This document shows positions 10,249-22,780 of a DNA stretch of 64,000 nt, in pieces. The number at the start of each line of letters is the position of its first letter. Position 1 is the first letter of the stretch. Source of the stretch: an uncultured cyanobacterium. Its GTDB lineage: Bacteria > Cyanobacteriota > Cyanobacteriia > PCC-9006 > JAAUQQ01. The notes under the pieces are model-generated. The model worked only from the letters and a program-made list of their open reading frames with translations. It was not told the origin of the DNA and did not search any database. The translations under genes were made by a program, and so were the position numbers. The DNA is taken from NCBI GenBank assembly GCA_963718615.1, contig OY970368.1, forward strand, positions 1,419,287-1,483,286. Reading direction: 5' to 3'.

Positions 10249-12582
10249 TTAGGGCGAGAGTCGTTTTTCGATTGCCTCACTCCAAGTCCGAGCCAAGGTC
10301 GCGATATCCGCTGCGATCAGGGATTGTCCCGCTGCATCGACAATTTTGAGTCCGGCGTCGGCTCCAGCGACCTCTCCCAGGGCTTGCCAGTTGCCTGCAA
10401 GCTGAGTGTGTAGATAGGTTTCCCAGGGGGCCTGGTGGGCTGGATTAACAGAAACAACGATGCGGGCTCCCCCTTCGCCAAACAGGAGGCGATCGCCCCT
10501 CACCCCATCCGCTGCAAGCGTCACGGTAGCCCCGAGCTGACCGCTAATACAGCTTTCTGCCAGAGCCACTGCTAAGCCTCCTTCGGCGCAGTCGTGGGCG
10601 GAGCGAACCCAGCCCTGGCGAATGCCGTGACGGCAAACGGTTTGCACTTGGCGTTCTAGCTCAAAATCGACGATGGGAGGCATACCCGCCACGGTTTGAT
10701 GGAGGACAGCGAGGTATTCGGATCCCCCAAGACTGACGCGATCGCCCGCTTCCGTGGGGCTACAGCCCAGGAGATAGATGCGATCGCCAGCCGCCAGCCA
10801 CCCCTGACCACAGATATAATCCAAATCTTCGACTAAACCGACCATACCCACGACCGGCGTCGGATAAATCGGCTGGGGCTTGCCTTCGCTGTCGAGGGTT
10901 TCGTTATAGAGCGAGACATTGCCCCCCGTGACCGGCGTTTGAAATTCCCGGCAGGCTTCCGCCAGACCCCGACAGGCTTCTGCCAGCTGCCAGTAGCCCA
11001 CAGGCTTTTCGGGGCTACCAAAGTTGAGGTTATCGGTGACGGCGATCGGTTCAGCGCCAACGCAGCTCAGGTTCCGGGCGGCTTCCGCTACAGCGGCTTT
11101 GGCTCCTTCGTAGGGGTGGAGATAGACATAGCGGGCGTTGCAGTCTACCGTGGCGGCGCAGCCTCGGTTGTGGTTGGGGGCAGTGCCGTCCAGCACGGGG
11201 CGTAGGCGCAAAATCGCGGCATCGGCTCCGCCGGGGAGCAGGACGGTGTTGTTTTGGACCTGGTGGTCATATTGGCGATAGACCCAGCGCTTCGAGGCAA
11301 TGATCGGGCTGTCGAGCAGGGCGAGCAAAACCTCCGTCCAGGATTTGCCGTTGATGCCATTGGAATGACAGGCAGGCAGTTGGCTCTCGTCCCAAGCCCA
11401 GGCGATTTGGGCATAGGCGGGCGGTTCAGCCGGTAGCTCCCGTTTGTAGATGGGGGTATTGTCCGCTAGGGCCGTGGCCGGAATTTCCGCAGCAATTTCA
11501 CCCTGAAACCGAATCCGCACAATCGGCTCAGCAATAATTTCTCCCGCGACGACGGCTTGCAGTTCCCATTTGTGGAAAATATCGATGAGCTCCTGCTCTC
11601 GCCCCTTCTCCGCCACAAACAACATGCGCTCCTGGGACTCTGAGAGCAAATATTCATAGGGCACCATGCCGGTTTCACGCACGGGAATCAGGTCGAGGTC
11701 TAAATCAACACCGACGCCGCCCTTCGCGGCCATTTCCGCTGTAGAACAGGTAATTCCAGCGGCCCCCATGTCCTGAGCCGCAACCACTGCTCCGGTTTTG
11801 AAGGCTTCCAGACAGGCTTCCACCAGGGATTTTTCTAGGAACGGGTCTCCCACTTGGACAGCGGGGCGATCGTCCATGGACTCGTCACTCAGCTCCGCAC
11901 TGGCAAAGCTCGCTCCCCCCATCCCATCTCGCCCCGTCGTTGATCCCACATAAAGCACCGGATTGCCGATCCCCGAGGCCCCGGCTTTGACAATGTCTTC
12001 GGTTTCCATCAGACCGATGGCCATGGCATTCACCAGGGGATTGCCGCTATAGGCCGGATCAAAGTAAACCTCACCCGCCACCGTTGGTACCCCAATGCAG
12101 TTCCCATAGTGAGAAATGCCGGCGACAACACCCTCAAAAATTCGGCGGGTGCGCGGATTGTCCAGCGTTCCAAATCGTAGGGAATTCAAAATCGCCAAGG
12201 GACGGGCTCCCATCGTAAAGATATCCCGCAAAATTCCCCCTACCCCCGTGGCTGCTCCCTGGAACGGCTCCACTGCTGAAGGATGGTTATGGGACTCAAT
12301 CTTGAACGCCAGCCGCAATCCTTCCCCAAAGTCCACGACACCGGCATTCTCTCCCGGCCCCACCAAAATGCGTGGACCTTCCGTAGGGAACTGACTCAGC
12401 AGCGATCGGGAGTTTTTATAGCAACAGTGCTCCGACCACATCACCCCAAACATTCCCAGTTCCGCTTTATTGGGATGGCGACCGAGCCGCTCCACGATGG
12501 CTGCGTATTCCTCCGGTTTAATGCCTTCAGCCGCAATTTCTTCAGGGGAAAACGGAGCAGATGCTAGAACAGACGCAGACAT
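10249..12582 (-). CDS. purL: phosphoribosylformylglycinamidine synthase subunit PurL (FGAM synthase II)
   Basis: 777 aa; [13 protein letters not shown] and two PurM-like domain pairs typical of the small-type PurL. Confidence 0.9.
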   Translation of the reverse strand: MSASVLASAPFSPEEIAAEGIKPEEYAAIVERLGRHPNKAELGMFGVMWSEHCCYKNSRSLLSQFPTEGPRILVGPGENAGVVDFGEGLRLAFKIESHNHPSAVEPFQGAATGVGGILRDIFTMGARPLAILNSLRFGTLDNPRTRRIFEGVVAGISHYGNCIGVPTVAGEVYFDPAYSGNPLVNAMAIGLMETEDIVKAGASGIGNPVLYVGSTTGRDGMGGASFASAELSDESMDDRPAVQVGDPFLEKSLVEACLEAFKTGAVVAAQDMGAAGITCSTAEMAAKGGVGVDLDLDLIPVRETGMVPYEYLLSESQERMLFVAEKGREQELIDIFHKWELQAVVAGEIIAEPIVRIRFQGEIAAEIPATALADNTPIYKRELPAEPPAYAQIAWAWDESQLPACHSNGINGKSWTEVLLALLDSPIIASKRWVYRQYDHQVQNNTVLLPGGADAAILRLRPVLDGTAPNHNRGCAATVDCNARYVYLHPYEGAKAAVAEAARNLSCVGAEPIAVTDNLNFGSPEKPVGYWQLAEACRGLAEACREFQTPVTGGNVSLYNETLDSEGKPQPIYPTPVVGMVGLVEDLDYICGQGWLAAGDRIYLLGCSPTEAGDRVSLGGSEYLAVLHQTVAGMPPIVDFELERQVQTVCRHGIRQGWVRSAHDCAEGGLAVALAESCISGQLGATVTLAADGVRGDRLLFGEGGARIVVSVNPAHQAPWETYLHTQLAGNWQALGEVAGADAGLKIVDAAGQSLIAADIATLARTWSEAIEKRLSP

Positions 12583-12701
12583 AGGGGCCTCGATCGCGAT
12601 CGGTCGTAGGGGACAGAGCCAATTGTATCGGGCTAGCCCCTGCTTCGGACCCTCGAGTTCATAGTTGCGCAGAAGATTGCCGAGAATATCACTAGGAGCC
12701 C

Positions 12702-13052
12702 CTAGCCTTCGCTGGACTGTTCAAAAGTATCAAAGGCGTCAAAGGCCTTGGTATCGAGCTCAGATTCCCGCTGGTGTAGGGTCGGAATCGGTGGGGCGGG
12801 GGAACGACGGCTGCGGGCTCGCCAGCGGGGCAGCAGTTCGGTTTTGAGCGAGATTGGTAGGACGATGGGCCACAGCAGCGTGGCGGCGATCAGCACCAGC
12901 CAGGAGGTTTTGTCCGTGAGAGTGGTGGTGCGATCGCGCAAAAACAAATACAGATAAAGGCAGCAGGCGATCGCCCCAACCCCAACATAGATTTGGAAGA
13001 AAAAAACGGAATTGAGTCCACCCGTCTGGGCCAAAATGGGCTGCGCCATCAT
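12702..13052 (-). CDS. hypothetical two-helix membrane protein, probably co-transcribed with the K+ channel
   Basis: About 116 aa from MMAQPIL. The start is 10 nt downstream of the channel gene stop. Two hydrophobic helices; no family recognised. Confidence 0.35.
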   Translation of the reverse strand: MMAQPILAQTGGLNSVFFFQIYVGVGAIACCLYLYLFLRDRTTTLTDKTSWLVLIAATLLWPIVLPISLKTELLPRWRARSRRSPAPPIPTLHQRESELDTKAFDAFDTFEQSSEG

Positions 13053-13062
13053 GCGGTCCTGC

Positions 13063-14007
13063 CTAAAGATTTTTGATGGGTTCGGTAGCATTGAAATAAC
13101 GATAGTCTAAGTACCGATGACCATCGCTAGTGTCATAGAGCATGTCAATAAATCGATGGTTCCAGAGAATATTCTGCACCGCGTAGACATAGCGGGCATG
13201 GATCGGTTGCAAAATGGTTTCGTCGAGACCGCTTAAAGACACCAAAATCGTACTGCGCATTTGCTGAAGTGAATCGGAAGTTGCCCCGTGGAGAGGACTC
13301 TCGGCGTCGATGGTGTGCATCACGGTCCAGCCTAGGCTAAACCGAGGGGTTTCATTCCGCATGAGTTTGAGACTGTAGAACCGGCGCAGATGCTGGCCTT
13401 CCAAGGAAATTTCGTCACGCAATAGAAAAACCTTGAGCTGGGCTTCCAAAATTTGGTTGTGGCGCTGGTTGGCAATGCGGAAGACCAGCGTGGGTTGACC
13501 ATTGTAGGGTTCAACCACGGCGACAGTGCTAAACATCACCCGAGCCCGAGAGCGCGAGAAGCGAGCAAAGGCCAATCCTGTAATCACCGCGATACTAATA
13601 ATACTAACCATGGCTTCGATCGCCACGATCCCATTGGTATAAAGCGTATTGGGATACATCGCGCCATAGCCAATTGATCCTAGAGTCTGAACGCTAAAAA
13701 AGAAGGCGTCGGCAAAGTTTCCGGGCTTGGCATTTTCAATGCCGCCGGGGTCCAGCAAATAGGCCAGGGCAAACAGCGTATTGACCAAACCATAGCCCAA
13801 GGTCAACAGCAAAAAGAACAGCCACCAGGGTAGGGTCGAAAACAGATGATAGGGCTCTCGCCAATGGTTATACCAGCGATCGAGACCGACGATTTCAAAC
13901 TGACCCTCTTCAACGCGCAAATGCACAATGGGAGGGCGGGATAGCTGAGTCTTAAGGCGATGGATAAGGCGCTGGACAGAGTGCCGAACGGCGCGGAACA
14001 GCAGCAT
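13063..14007 (-). CDS. KirBac-type inward-rectifier potassium channel
   Basis: Selectivity filter TLGSIGYG; slide-helix and TM region; C-terminal cytoplasmic Kir domain. Align by eye to KirBac1.1: FFFSVQTL, ARFSRSRARVMFS, LMRNETPRFSLGW. Confidence 0.85.
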   Translation of the reverse strand: MLLFRAVRHSVQRLIHRLKTQLSRPPIVHLRVEEGQFEIVGLDRWYNHWREPYHLFSTLPWWLFFLLLTLGYGLVNTLFALAYLLDPGGIENAKPGNFADAFFFSVQTLGSIGYGAMYPNTLYTNGIVAIEAMVSIISIAVITGLAFARFSRSRARVMFSTVAVVEPYNGQPTLVFRIANQRHNQILEAQLKVFLLRDEISLEGQHLRRFYSLKLMRNETPRFSLGWTVMHTIDAESPLHGATSDSLQQMRSTILVSLSGLDETILQPIHARYVYAVQNILWNHRFIDMLYDTSDGHRYLDYRYFNATEPIKNL

Positions 14008-14037
14008 AGCGCAAGGATGGTTCTTGGTTAGGGGGCT

Positions 14038-15312
14038 TTATTTTTGAGCCTTCTTTGCTGCAATTTTATCTTTAAGCACCGTTATCGCTTTGGCATACTG
14101 CGGATCCTGGAGCGTACCAATGAGCGTTCGGTCCTGGCTTAAGGTTTCCTGAGCGGTTTCGCTTAGTTCTAGCACCACATCCGGATCAATGCCATGTTTG
14201 TTGATATCTCGTCCGCTGGGCGTCAAATATTTGGCGATCGTCACCGCCAGCCCAGAACCATCCCCCAAGGGCCGTACCGATTGCACCAAACCCTTCCCAA
14301 AGGTCTTCGTCCCAATCAACTCGGCGCGATGGTTGTCTTGCAGGGCTCCTGAGAGAATTTCGCTGGCGCTGGCTGATCCCCCATCCACCAACACCACTAG
14401 GGGACGATCGGTGAGGGCACGCCCATTGGCTTCCTCGCGATCGGAAATCCCACGACGATCGACGGTGGAGACAATCGTGCCGTCATTCAGCCACATTCGA
14501 GCAATTTCAATACTGGCGAAGAGGAGACCGCCGGGGTTGGAGCGCAAATCCAAGACATAGCCGTCAACGTTCTTGGTTTCCAGGGTCCGAATGGCCGTCC
14601 GCATCTCTTCCGCCGCATTGGCGTTGAACTGATTCAGTCGGATGTAGCCGGTTTTGAAGCCTTCGTCGTTACGCTCGCTATACCGAACCGGGTGGATTTC
14701 AATGCGATCGCGCCGGATCGCAAACTCCAGTTCCTTCTTTTCGTCCCGACGCACCGTTAGCGTCACGGTTTCCCCCACGGGACCTCGGATCAGCTTGACC
14801 GCATCATCCACATTCATTCCTTCGGTGCTCTTGCCATTAATCTTGATGATTACGTCCCGAGACTGCACCCCAGCCGTAAAGGCTGGTGTATCTTCAATCG
14901 GGGCAACGACGACCAGTTCTTTAGTCTTCTCGTCTTGACTAAGCTGAATCCCAACCCCGGTCAGTTCCCCCGAGGTATCGATTTTCATGTTCTTAAACTC
15001 GTCTGGGTCCATGAAGCGTGTATAAGCATCGCCCAGGGGCTCCAGCATTTTGCGAATGGCTTCGTAGGCGTCGTCCTTGCTGGAATAGTTTTGATTGAGA
15101 TATGCAAGACGCACTTTGCGCCAATCCGTCTGATTAAACGTCCCGTCAACGTAGTCCTTGTCGATGATGTGCCAGACTTCGTCGATCAGTTCCTTCGGAC
15201 TATCTTGGAAAAATGCCTGTACCTTTGACCACTGATTGACTCCCACCAAAGTGACGGTTGCTACTACAGCCGCTGTCGCACCGATTACAAGCTTCGTTTT
15301 GGGGAACGCCAT
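14038..15312 (-). CDS. ctpA: carboxyl-terminal processing protease (S41 family)
   Basis: PDZ domain plus S41 catalytic region (GGSASASE, TKTFGKG); N-terminal signal/anchor. Confidence 0.85.
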   Translation of the reverse strand: MAFPKTKLVIGATAAVVATVTLVGVNQWSKVQAFFQDSPKELIDEVWHIIDKDYVDGTFNQTDWRKVRLAYLNQNYSSKDDAYEAIRKMLEPLGDAYTRFMDPDEFKNMKIDTSGELTGVGIQLSQDEKTKELVVVAPIEDTPAFTAGVQSRDVIIKINGKSTEGMNVDDAVKLIRGPVGETVTLTVRRDEKKELEFAIRRDRIEIHPVRYSERNDEGFKTGYIRLNQFNANAAEEMRTAIRTLETKNVDGYVLDLRSNPGGLLFASIEIARMWLNDGTIVSTVDRRGISDREEANGRALTDRPLVVLVDGGSASASEILSGALQDNHRAELIGTKTFGKGLVQSVRPLGDGSGLAVTIAKYLTPSGRDINKHGIDPDVVLELSETAQETLSQDRTLIGTLQDPQYAKAITVLKDKIAAKKAQK

Positions 15313-15632
15313 AGTGCCGAAGGAATTTGGATATATGGAAGATACGCTTCACTAGTATAAGGAGTGAGCGAGAATCTGGCAGCCTGCCGAGCGTATTCAC
15401 AGCGGGAGCTGCAAGGCCCCTGGTCGAGTCAAAAAAAATACAAGGACAAGCGATAGGGCGATCGCCTTTTCATCATATTACGGATTTTTTCAAGGCAATG
15501 GGAAGAGGATCCGGAGAACATCAAGATTGTCCTCCAAGATTATGCTCCAGGATTCCTTCCCCCAATTGTCCCTATTCAGCGAAACTAAAAGATCGTGAAT
15601 TTAATAACCTACAAAATGAAGCCGAACGGCCC

Positions 15633-16886
15633 CTAGTCAGGGTCCACCCAACGGTCATCGGCCTTAATCAAGTTAATCAGCTCGGTCACACCATCGGCTT
15701 CCGGGACCCGTTTGATTTCATCTCGGCCTCGGTAAAGCGAGATATAGCCAGGGGTTTTGCCCACATAGCCGTAGTCCGCATCCGCCATCTCACCCGGACC
15801 ATTGACAATGCAGCCCATCACCGCGATGTCGAGGCCCACCAGATGCTTCGTTGCCTCCCGAACCTTGTGCAGCACCTCTTCCAGATTAAACAGAGTGCGA
15901 CCGCAGGAGGGACAAGCTACATACTCCACCATGGTTTTGCGAAGACCGAGGGCCTGCAAAATTTCGTAGCACACCGGAATCTCTTTTTCCGGGGCTTCCG
16001 TGAGTGACACTCGGATCGTATCGCCAATGCCTTGGGCCAGCAGGGGTGCGATCCCCGCCGTGGATTTGATACGGCCATAGTCACCGTCTCCCGCTTCTGT
16101 AACGCCGAGGTGCAGCGGATAGTCCATATTTTCCGCATCCATGCGCTGGACCATGAGCTGATAGGCCGCAATCATCACTGGCACCCGCGAAGCTTTCATG
16201 GAAATCACCAGATTGCGATAATCTAGCAACTCACAAATGCGGATAAACTCCAAGGCCGACTCCACCATGCCTTCGGGGGTATCGCCGTAGGTAAACAGCA
16301 TCCGCTCTGACAAAGAGCCATGGTTAACCCCAATACGCATGGCTTTACCTTGATCCCGCAGGGAAACGACTAGAGGTTCAAGGGTTTCGCGAATTTTGTC
16401 GCGAATTTCGTTAAATTCGCTGGTGGTGTATTCGGTGCGATCGCTCTTCGGTTTCTCAAAGACATACAGCCCCGGATTGATCCGCACCTTATCCACATGC
16501 TGTGCCACCTCTAGGGCAATTTTCATGCCGTTGTGGTGTACATCGGCCACCAAAGGAACCACTTGATAGGTATCGTGCAGCTTCTGCTTAATGTCCTTTA
16601 GGGCTTTGGCATGGGCCAAGCTGGGCACGGTGACGCGAACAATTTCGCAGCCGATTTCATGGAGCCGACGAATGGCCGCAGTGGCACCCTCAATATCTAA
16701 GGTGTCCTCATTAATCATCGACTGGACCACGACCGGAGCACCGCCCCCAATCGTAATATTGCCGACCTGGACAGGACGCGTTTTGCGGCGGCGGATCATC
16801 GTGTCAATGCCCGTCGGGGGCTGAGAAGCCGCCTCTGACGAAATCGACGTTTGAGAAATCTCTGGTGACAGCGTTTGCATACCCAA
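15633..16886 (-). CDS. ispG: 4-hydroxy-3-methylbut-2-enyl diphosphate synthase (GcpE)
   Basis: VQSMINEDT, 4Fe-4S Cys residues (CPSCGRT ... GCIVNGPGE). Confidence 0.9.
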   Translation of the reverse strand: MGMQTLSPEISQTSISSEAASQPPTGIDTMIRRRKTRPVQVGNITIGGGAPVVVQSMINEDTLDIEGATAAIRRLHEIGCEIVRVTVPSLAHAKALKDIKQKLHDTYQVVPLVADVHHNGMKIALEVAQHVDKVRINPGLYVFEKPKSDRTEYTTSEFNEIRDKIRETLEPLVVSLRDQGKAMRIGVNHGSLSERMLFTYGDTPEGMVESALEFIRICELLDYRNLVISMKASRVPVMIAAYQLMVQRMDAENMDYPLHLGVTEAGDGDYGRIKSTAGIAPLLAQGIGDTIRVSLTEAPEKEIPVCYEILQALGLRKTMVEYVACPSCGRTLFNLEEVLHKVREATKHLVGLDIAVMGCIVNGPGEMADADYGYVGKTPGYISLYRGRDEIKRVPEADGVTELINLIKADDRWVDPD

Positions 16887-17193
16887 TTGGTCGCTTGTGG
16901 ACAGGCGTAGGTTAGATCAAAATGCTCAAGCCTTGGGGATCAGGGTCTTAATTCGCTGACCTCAGGCATTCTCAGGTTGCCATACAAAGGCTCTTTTGAG
17001 GACCCTTTTGGGTAATTTCAGCGAGGAGATTGCAGAAGAAATTTTGCAGAAGCTGAAAAGACTGCGAAACATCCGTGTATATGCCAGCAATTGTTACCAA
17101 AATAAATCACTTTGACTCGTAAATTTTCCGTACATCTGAGCAGATGCGTCGCAGACATCAAGTGGGCAGACTAAGCACAGACGCTCGACGAAA

Positions 17194-18405
17194 GTGTGGA
17201 CGCATATGATGACGGTCGGTGAACAAGCGTTAGCTCCTGTCGCAATCAGCGAATTTGACATGGACAAGCAGGTGCGCTTGTTCAAATCGCTGAAGCAGCT
17301 CCAGTTAACCGGTCAGTTGCTCCTCAATGATCATAAGGACCAATCCTGGACGCTCTATCTCTATATGGGGCGGATTGTCTATGCCACGGGCGGCCATCAT
17401 CCGGTGCGACGGTGGAAGCGGGGATTAATGATCCATTGTCCTCGGTTGGTGTCGGTTCCCATTGTGTTGCAAGAGCCCCCCGAGGGCCAAGCGGGCAATG
17501 AGCTGACCCTCTGCTGGGAGTACCAACTGCTGTACCAGTGGGTGAGCCAGGGCAAACTCTCGCGGGAAGAGGCCAGCAAAATTATTCGCACGATTACGGT
17601 TGAGGTACTGTGCGATGTCGCCCAAGCTCAGGAGGTCACCTACCAAGTCAAGTCCGACAACACTTTGCCGACTAAGCTGACGCTGATTGATGCGGAGCAG
17701 GCGGTGATGGAGGCCCATAAGGTCTGGGAAGCCTGGAAAACGGCTCGCATTGCCGATCGCTCGCCCAATTCTGTGCCGGTGATTCGTCAGCCCCAGCAGC
17801 TTCAGGAAAAAACCTCCCAGTCAATTTATCAAGTGCTGAGCCGCTTGCTGGATGGCCAGCAGAGTCTGCGGGATCTATCGGTCAAGATGAAGCGGGATGT
17901 TTCGGAGGTAACGCGATCGCTCCTTCCCTACATTCAGCTCGGGCTGATCGAGTTGGTAGATGTCCCCGATCTGCCTGCGCCCAGCTTTCCCAAAACACCG
18001 GTTCCTACTGCTGCCGCTGCACCAGCGCTGCGTCCTTTGATTGCCTGTATCGACGATAGTCCGTTTATTTGTCAGAGTATGGCGAAGGTATTGACCCAGG
18101 CCAACTATCGGTTTGTGGCCATTAATGATCCCCTGCGGGCGATCGCCGTCCTTCTGGCCCGTAAACCCAATTTGATCTTTTTAGACTTGGTCATGCCCAA
18201 TGCCAACGGTTATGAAATCTGCGGCCAATTGCGCAAGCTCTCCTTCTTTAAGGAAACGCCCATTGTCATCTTAACGGGACATGATGGCATCGTTGACCGA
18301 GTGCGGGCCAAGCTTGTAGGGGCCTCTGAGTTTTTATCGAAGCCTGCGGATGCGGATGCAGTATTAGCTGTAATTCGCAAGCATCTCCATGAGCTTGCAG
18401 AATAA
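17194..18405 (+). CDS. PatA/PixG-type response regulator (N-terminal PATAN-like domain plus C-terminal CheY-like receiver)
   Basis: C-terminal REC with the phospho-acceptor Asp in IFLDLVMP. About 270-aa N-terminal domain. It is the first gene of a Tax-type operon. Confidence 0.8.
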   Translation: MWTHMMTVGEQALAPVAISEFDMDKQVRLFKSLKQLQLTGQLLLNDHKDQSWTLYLYMGRIVYATGGHHPVRRWKRGLMIHCPRLVSVPIVLQEPPEGQAGNELTLCWEYQLLYQWVSQGKLSREEASKIIRTITVEVLCDVAQAQEVTYQVKSDNTLPTKLTLIDAEQAVMEAHKVWEAWKTARIADRSPNSVPVIRQPQQLQEKTSQSIYQVLSRLLDGQQSLRDLSVKMKRDVSEVTRSLLPYIQLGLIELVDVPDLPAPSFPKTPVPTAAAAPALRPLIACIDDSPFICQSMAKVLTQANYRFVAINDPLRAIAVLLARKPNLIFLDLVMPNANGYEICGQLRKLSFFKETPIVILTGHDGIVDRVRAKLVGASEFLSKPADADAVLAVIRKHLHELAE

Positions 18406-18517
18406 AAATGGGGAATCCTTACAGTAGCGCCATCGAAGCGATGTAACACCTGAGTCGCCCATTCCCATCCAAACTTTTTCTTCTGTCTTTGAGCTTTAGA
18501 ATCCCGAGGTCAATCCT

Positions 18518-18883
18518 ATGAACACCGCACTCATTGTTGAGGACTCTTTAACCGAGGCTGAAATCATTTCTAGCTGCCTAAAACAGGGCGGGATTAATGT
18601 TTTAACCGCTAAAAGTGGCGAAGAGGCGCTTGAGACCCTCGGCTCCACTTCTCCTGACATTATCATCCTGGATGTTGTTTTGCCTGGATGTAGTGGTTTT
18701 GAACTCTGCCGAACCCTGAAATCTGAAAGCAAAACGAGCAGCATTCCCGTGCTCATGTGCTCCACTAAAGGCAGCGATATGGATAAGTTTTGGGGCATGA
18801 AGCAGGGTGCTGATGCTTATCTTTCTAAGCCAATTGATCAGGATGAGTTTATTCGCACTGTTCGCGAGCTTTTGGGACGGTAA
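18518..18883 (+). CDS. CheY-like single-domain response regulator (PixH/TaxY-like)
   Basis: 121 aa; LIVEDS ... IIILDVVLPG ... receiver fold. Confidence 0.85.
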   Translation: MNTALIVEDSLTEAEIISSCLKQGGINVLTAKSGEEALETLGSTSPDIIILDVVLPGCSGFELCRTLKSESKTSSIPVLMCSTKGSDMDKFWGMKQGADAYLSKPIDQDEFIRTVRELLGR

Positions 18884-19065
18884 TCTTATCGCCAGATAGC
18901 GCTTTATTTTCATCGGATTTTCTGGGATTACGAAGCAAATCAATTTTGGTTTTAATCACATCCTTTGGGATTATAAGAGTCGTTGTTCTGTGGAGCAATG
19001 GCTCTTTTTTGTGTTGTTCAGTTTAATTTTGAGGGAATCCTAGGGCTAGGCGCTATTTAGGAGAC

Positions 19066-19623
19066 ATGGCTGTGGTCCTGAACCCTGTCGCTGAGTCTGA
19101 ATCTCTTTCCCAGTGGATTGATACAAACGCGTCCCGAGGGGGGGAGCGTTATCTTGGCTGTCATTTGGTCCCCAATTTAACTGTGGTCATGCCCGTTCAT
19201 AAAATAACGGAGGTCTTGACCATTCCTACCCCTCAAGTGACTCCCATTCCGCATTTATCCTCATGGGTGATGGGTGTTTATAACTGGCGAGGAGATGTGC
19301 TGTGGATGGTAGACCTTGGGCATTTGTTAGGTCTAACCCCTTGGTATCAGCAAACTGCTAACCGCTCCGTTCATAGTGCGTTGGTTGTGCGGACCCAGGA
19401 TAGAAGCTCCACCACTCCCAATGCTGGACAGAAAATGTTGGGGTTAGTGGTAAGCCAAATTCGCGACATTGAAACCTTAGAGGCCAACGCGCTGCATTCG
19501 CCTTCTTCTGCGATCGCCTCTCCCGAGCTAGCTCCTTTTTTACAAGGACATTGGCTCAGACAGGATGGTGAATTGCTAGCCTTTTTAGATATTGATGCCA
19601 TCTTTTCTATGATTGCAAAATAA
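19066..19623 (+). CDS. CheW-like coupling protein
   Basis: 185 aa; CheW-domain pattern (GCHLVPNLTVVMPVHKITEV ...). Confidence 0.75.
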   Translation: MAVVLNPVAESESLSQWIDTNASRGGERYLGCHLVPNLTVVMPVHKITEVLTIPTPQVTPIPHLSSWVMGVYNWRGDVLWMVDLGHLLGLTPWYQQTANRSVHSALVVRTQDRSSTTPNAGQKMLGLVVSQIRDIETLEANALHSPSSAIASPELAPFLQGHWLRQDGELLAFLDIDAIFSMIAK

Positions 19624-19720
19624 GTCGCTATTCCTAAATGAAAGTCGCCAAGCCTTTAGCTTTTTAATCCGTTTTTCAGTGCTGTATTGACCCCTCGCTT
19701 TGAATCTAAGGACTGTTCCC

Positions 19721-22708
19721 ATGACCCAATTGCCTTCCCCTTCCGCCAACTCGGAATCTCAAAACCTGGATAAGTCAAATTCCATGCCGGAGATCTCCTC
19801 CCTGCCCGATCCCGACCCTAGTCAGTTGTGGGAACAGTTGCCCCAAACCTCCATGAGCGAGTCTTTAAAAACCTCAACAGCTCGGTTGGGCTCTCCCCAG
19901 ATGCCTCAACTGGAACCTGGAGAAATGATTGAGGAGCCCAAACTTGTGTATGGACCGCTGTTTAAGCAAGTAGAGGTGAGCTCATCTTCGAGTTGGCGGC
20001 AAGGGCGGCTGAAAAGCATGAGCCTGAAGCGGAAGACTATTTTGCTTTCGTTGCTGCTTAGCTTTTTACCCGCTGCCACGATCGGCGCTGGAACCTATGT
20101 AGTGGCGAGTAATGCACTGCTCAACCGGACCCAGGAATCCGCTCAAGCCGCAGTGGAGACGGTTGTGGAACAGTTTGCTCTGTTTATGCGAGAGCGCTAT
20201 GGGGATATCCAGGTCATGGCCGCCCTGGACATCCTTACCCATTCCGACACTCGACTCTCGACGCCCTTAGAATCAAAGCAGCGAGTCTTAAATGGGTTCC
20301 TCAAGGCTTATCCCGTTTATGACAGCATTGCAGCCTTTGATCTGAAGGGGAATGTGACGCTGCAATCCACGGGTAAGGCCCTGGATAATCATAGCGATCG
20401 CCCCTACTTTCAAGAAGTTTTAAAGACACAAAAGCCCATTGTCTATTCCCAGGTCATCACCTCCAAATCCTCAGGGATTCCCAGTGTTTACGTGGCATCA
20501 CCCATTCGAGAACAGGCCACAGGACAAATGATCGGCGTCATTCGGGCCAGAATTCCGGTGGCATCCTTACAAGGACTGATTCAAGAGTTTACGGCCACCA
20601 AATTTGAAAACGGCACGAATAACGTCACCGCGAATGCCCCTGCGGTGGAATATTACTTCTACGATTCCCAAAATCACCTCATCGTGGATTCAATGGATGC
20701 CGGTGGCGCTGAAGTGGATCACCATGGCATTGAGGAATCATTGGCTCAGTTCACCCAGCAACCTGGAGCCCAAACTCGCCTTGCCAAGGACGAATTGCTG
20801 GCCTATGCCCCCTTCCGTGATTTTGAAGATACCTTCTTGAAAGAATTGCCGCCGCTGGATTGGAAGGCGGTGGTGGCCATCGACCGAGATGTGGCCTTTT
20901 CGGTGCAGCGCAATCTTTTGTTGAGTGTGATGGTGGGTAGTGCGGGGACGGCGTTGTTGCTGGCGGCGATCGCCAGTGTCGTTGCCAATCGTCTCACCAA
21001 GCCGTTGCTGGAAGCGGTCCAAGCGGTGAAGGCCATGGGACAAGGACAGCTGGACGTGCGGTTACAGGTTCAGGGCGACGATGAGATCTCAACGCTTTCG
21101 AGCAATCTCAATCAGATGGCCACGCAGCTCCAAGGGTTTACAAAGGAGCAGGCGGATGTGGCTCGGCGGGCCGCTTGGCTGAGCAACTTGGCCGCAGGGG
21201 CCGAAACCATGGGCAAATCTGAGCTGGACCAAACCTTTGAGCGGGTTGTGGCAGAGGCTCGGCATTTACTGGCGGTGGACCGGGTGATGATCTATCGTTT
21301 TGGCCCAGAAGGACAGTTGACGGTGGCTCAGGAGGCGATCGAAACGGGCTGGCCCGAAGCCAAAGCCATGAATTTGGAGAGCCTGGAAATTCCCCTGGCC
21401 TTTGTCAATGCCTTCCAGCAGGGCGAACCGGTGGCCGTTGCCAACTTTGCAACGCTGGAACTGCCGGAGTCCTATCAAAATCTGCTGATGGAGTTGCAGG
21501 TCCAATCAGAGTTGATTATTCCGATGATCAACGACGCGCAGCTCAGCGGCCTGCTGGTGGCTCAAATGGGGCGCACGCTACGGGATTGGCAGGAGTCAGA
21601 CATCACGTTTATGCAACAGTTGTCGGCTCAAATGGGAATTGCCCAGCTCTTGCAGGAAGTACAGACCGCTCGCAGTTTGGCCGAGAAAACCGCTCAAGAA
21701 GAGAAGGATCGTACCGAAGAACTCCAGCGACGGGTGTTGCAGTTGCTGATGGAGGTCGATCCCGTCAGCCAAGGGGACCTGACGATTCGAGCGCGGGTGA
21801 CCGAGGATGAAATTGGCACGGTGGCGGATTCTTACAATGCCACGATTGAAAGTCTGCGTCGGATTGTGAGTCAGGTCAAAGACGCGGTTCAGCAGGTATC
21901 CACCACGGCCATTAGTAGTGAAACGGCGGTACAAGAGCTGTCGGACGGTGCGAGCAAGCAGACCCAGGAAATTTCCGAGGCGCTCACCCAGATTCAGCAC
22001 ATGGCGGATTCGATTCGGTCGGTAGCCAACAATGCCGCCCAAGCGGAGATCGCGGTACGGCAGGCAACGGAAATTGTGCAGACCGGCGACGCGGCCATGG
22101 ACAAAACGGTGGCGGGGATCTTCACGATTCGCGAAACCGTGGGCGAGGCGGTGAAAAAGGTGAAGCGCTTGGGTGAGTCTTCCCAGAAGATTTCCAAGGT
22201 GGTCAACCTGATTAGCTCCTTCGCGGAGCAAACCAACCTGCTGGCGCTGAATGCCTCGATTGAGGCGGCCCACGCCGGAGAAGAGGGACGGGGGTTTGCG
22301 GTGGTTGCGGATGAAGTGCGATCGCTCGCCCGTCAGTCCGCAGCAGCAACGGCGGAAATCGAAGCACTGGTGGCCGAGATTCAGGCGGAGACCAACCAGG
22401 TTTCGGCAGCCATGGAATCAGGAACCGAGCAGGTGGTTGCCGGTACGCAATTGGTGGAAGCCGCTCGACAGCACCTGACCCAAATTGCCCAGGTGAGTTT
22501 GCAGATTAATGGTTTGGTGGCGGCGATCGCCCAGTCCACGGGTCAACAAACCGAGGCCTCTGCGCTGGTGTCCAAAGTGATGACCGAAGTTGCAGACATT
22601 GCCCAGCAAACCTCTAGTTCTGCAACGGCGGTGTCGGATTCCTTCCAAAACCTGGTGAACGTTGCCCAATCGCTCCAGCAGAGTGTGGGTCGATTCAAGG
22701 TGAGTTAA
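19721..22708 (+). CDS. methyl-accepting chemotaxis protein: 2 TM helices, large periplasmic domain, HAMP, Cys-free GAF domain, MCP signalling domain
   Basis: Start taken at the ATG (MTQLPS), paralogous to the MTQ start of the next gene. The MCP signalling domain is the C-terminal methyl-accepting region. The GAF region (DRVMIYRF ...) has no Cys. Confidence 0.85.
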   Translation: MTQLPSPSANSESQNLDKSNSMPEISSLPDPDPSQLWEQLPQTSMSESLKTSTARLGSPQMPQLEPGEMIEEPKLVYGPLFKQVEVSSSSSWRQGRLKSMSLKRKTILLSLLLSFLPAATIGAGTYVVASNALLNRTQESAQAAVETVVEQFALFMRERYGDIQVMAALDILTHSDTRLSTPLESKQRVLNGFLKAYPVYDSIAAFDLKGNVTLQSTGKALDNHSDRPYFQEVLKTQKPIVYSQVITSKSSGIPSVYVASPIREQATGQMIGVIRARIPVASLQGLIQEFTATKFENGTNNVTANAPAVEYYFYDSQNHLIVDSMDAGGAEVDHHGIEESLAQFTQQPGAQTRLAKDELLAYAPFRDFEDTFLKELPPLDWKAVVAIDRDVAFSVQRNLLLSVMVGSAGTALLLAAIASVVANRLTKPLLEAVQAVKAMGQGQLDVRLQVQGDDEISTLSSNLNQMATQLQGFTKEQADVARRAAWLSNLAAGAETMGKSELDQTFERVVAEARHLLAVDRVMIYRFGPEGQLTVAQEAIETGWPEAKAMNLESLEIPLAFVNAFQQGEPVAVANFATLELPESYQNLLMELQVQSELIIPMINDAQLSGLLVAQMGRTLRDWQESDITFMQQLSAQMGIAQLLQEVQTARSLAEKTAQEEKDRTEELQRRVLQLLMEVDPVSQGDLTIRARVTEDEIGTVADSYNATIESLRRIVSQVKDAVQQVSTTAISSETAVQELSDGASKQTQEISEALTQIQHMADSIRSVANNAAQAEIAVRQATEIVQTGDAAMDKTVAGIFTIRETVGEAVKKVKRLGESSQKISKVVNLISSFAEQTNLLALNASIEAAHAGEEGRGFAVVADEVRSLARQSAAATAEIEALVAEIQAETNQVSAAMESGTEQVVAGTQLVEAARQHLTQIAQVSLQINGLVAAIAQSTGQQTEASALVSKVMTEVADIAQQTSSSATAVSDSFQNLVNVAQSLQQSVGRFKVS

Positions 22709-22780
22709 GGGGGTTAAGCCCAACCTTGACCTGGACGAATTTTCCCGTTTTCTATTGTTGACATCGCGTGAGCGGTTCCC

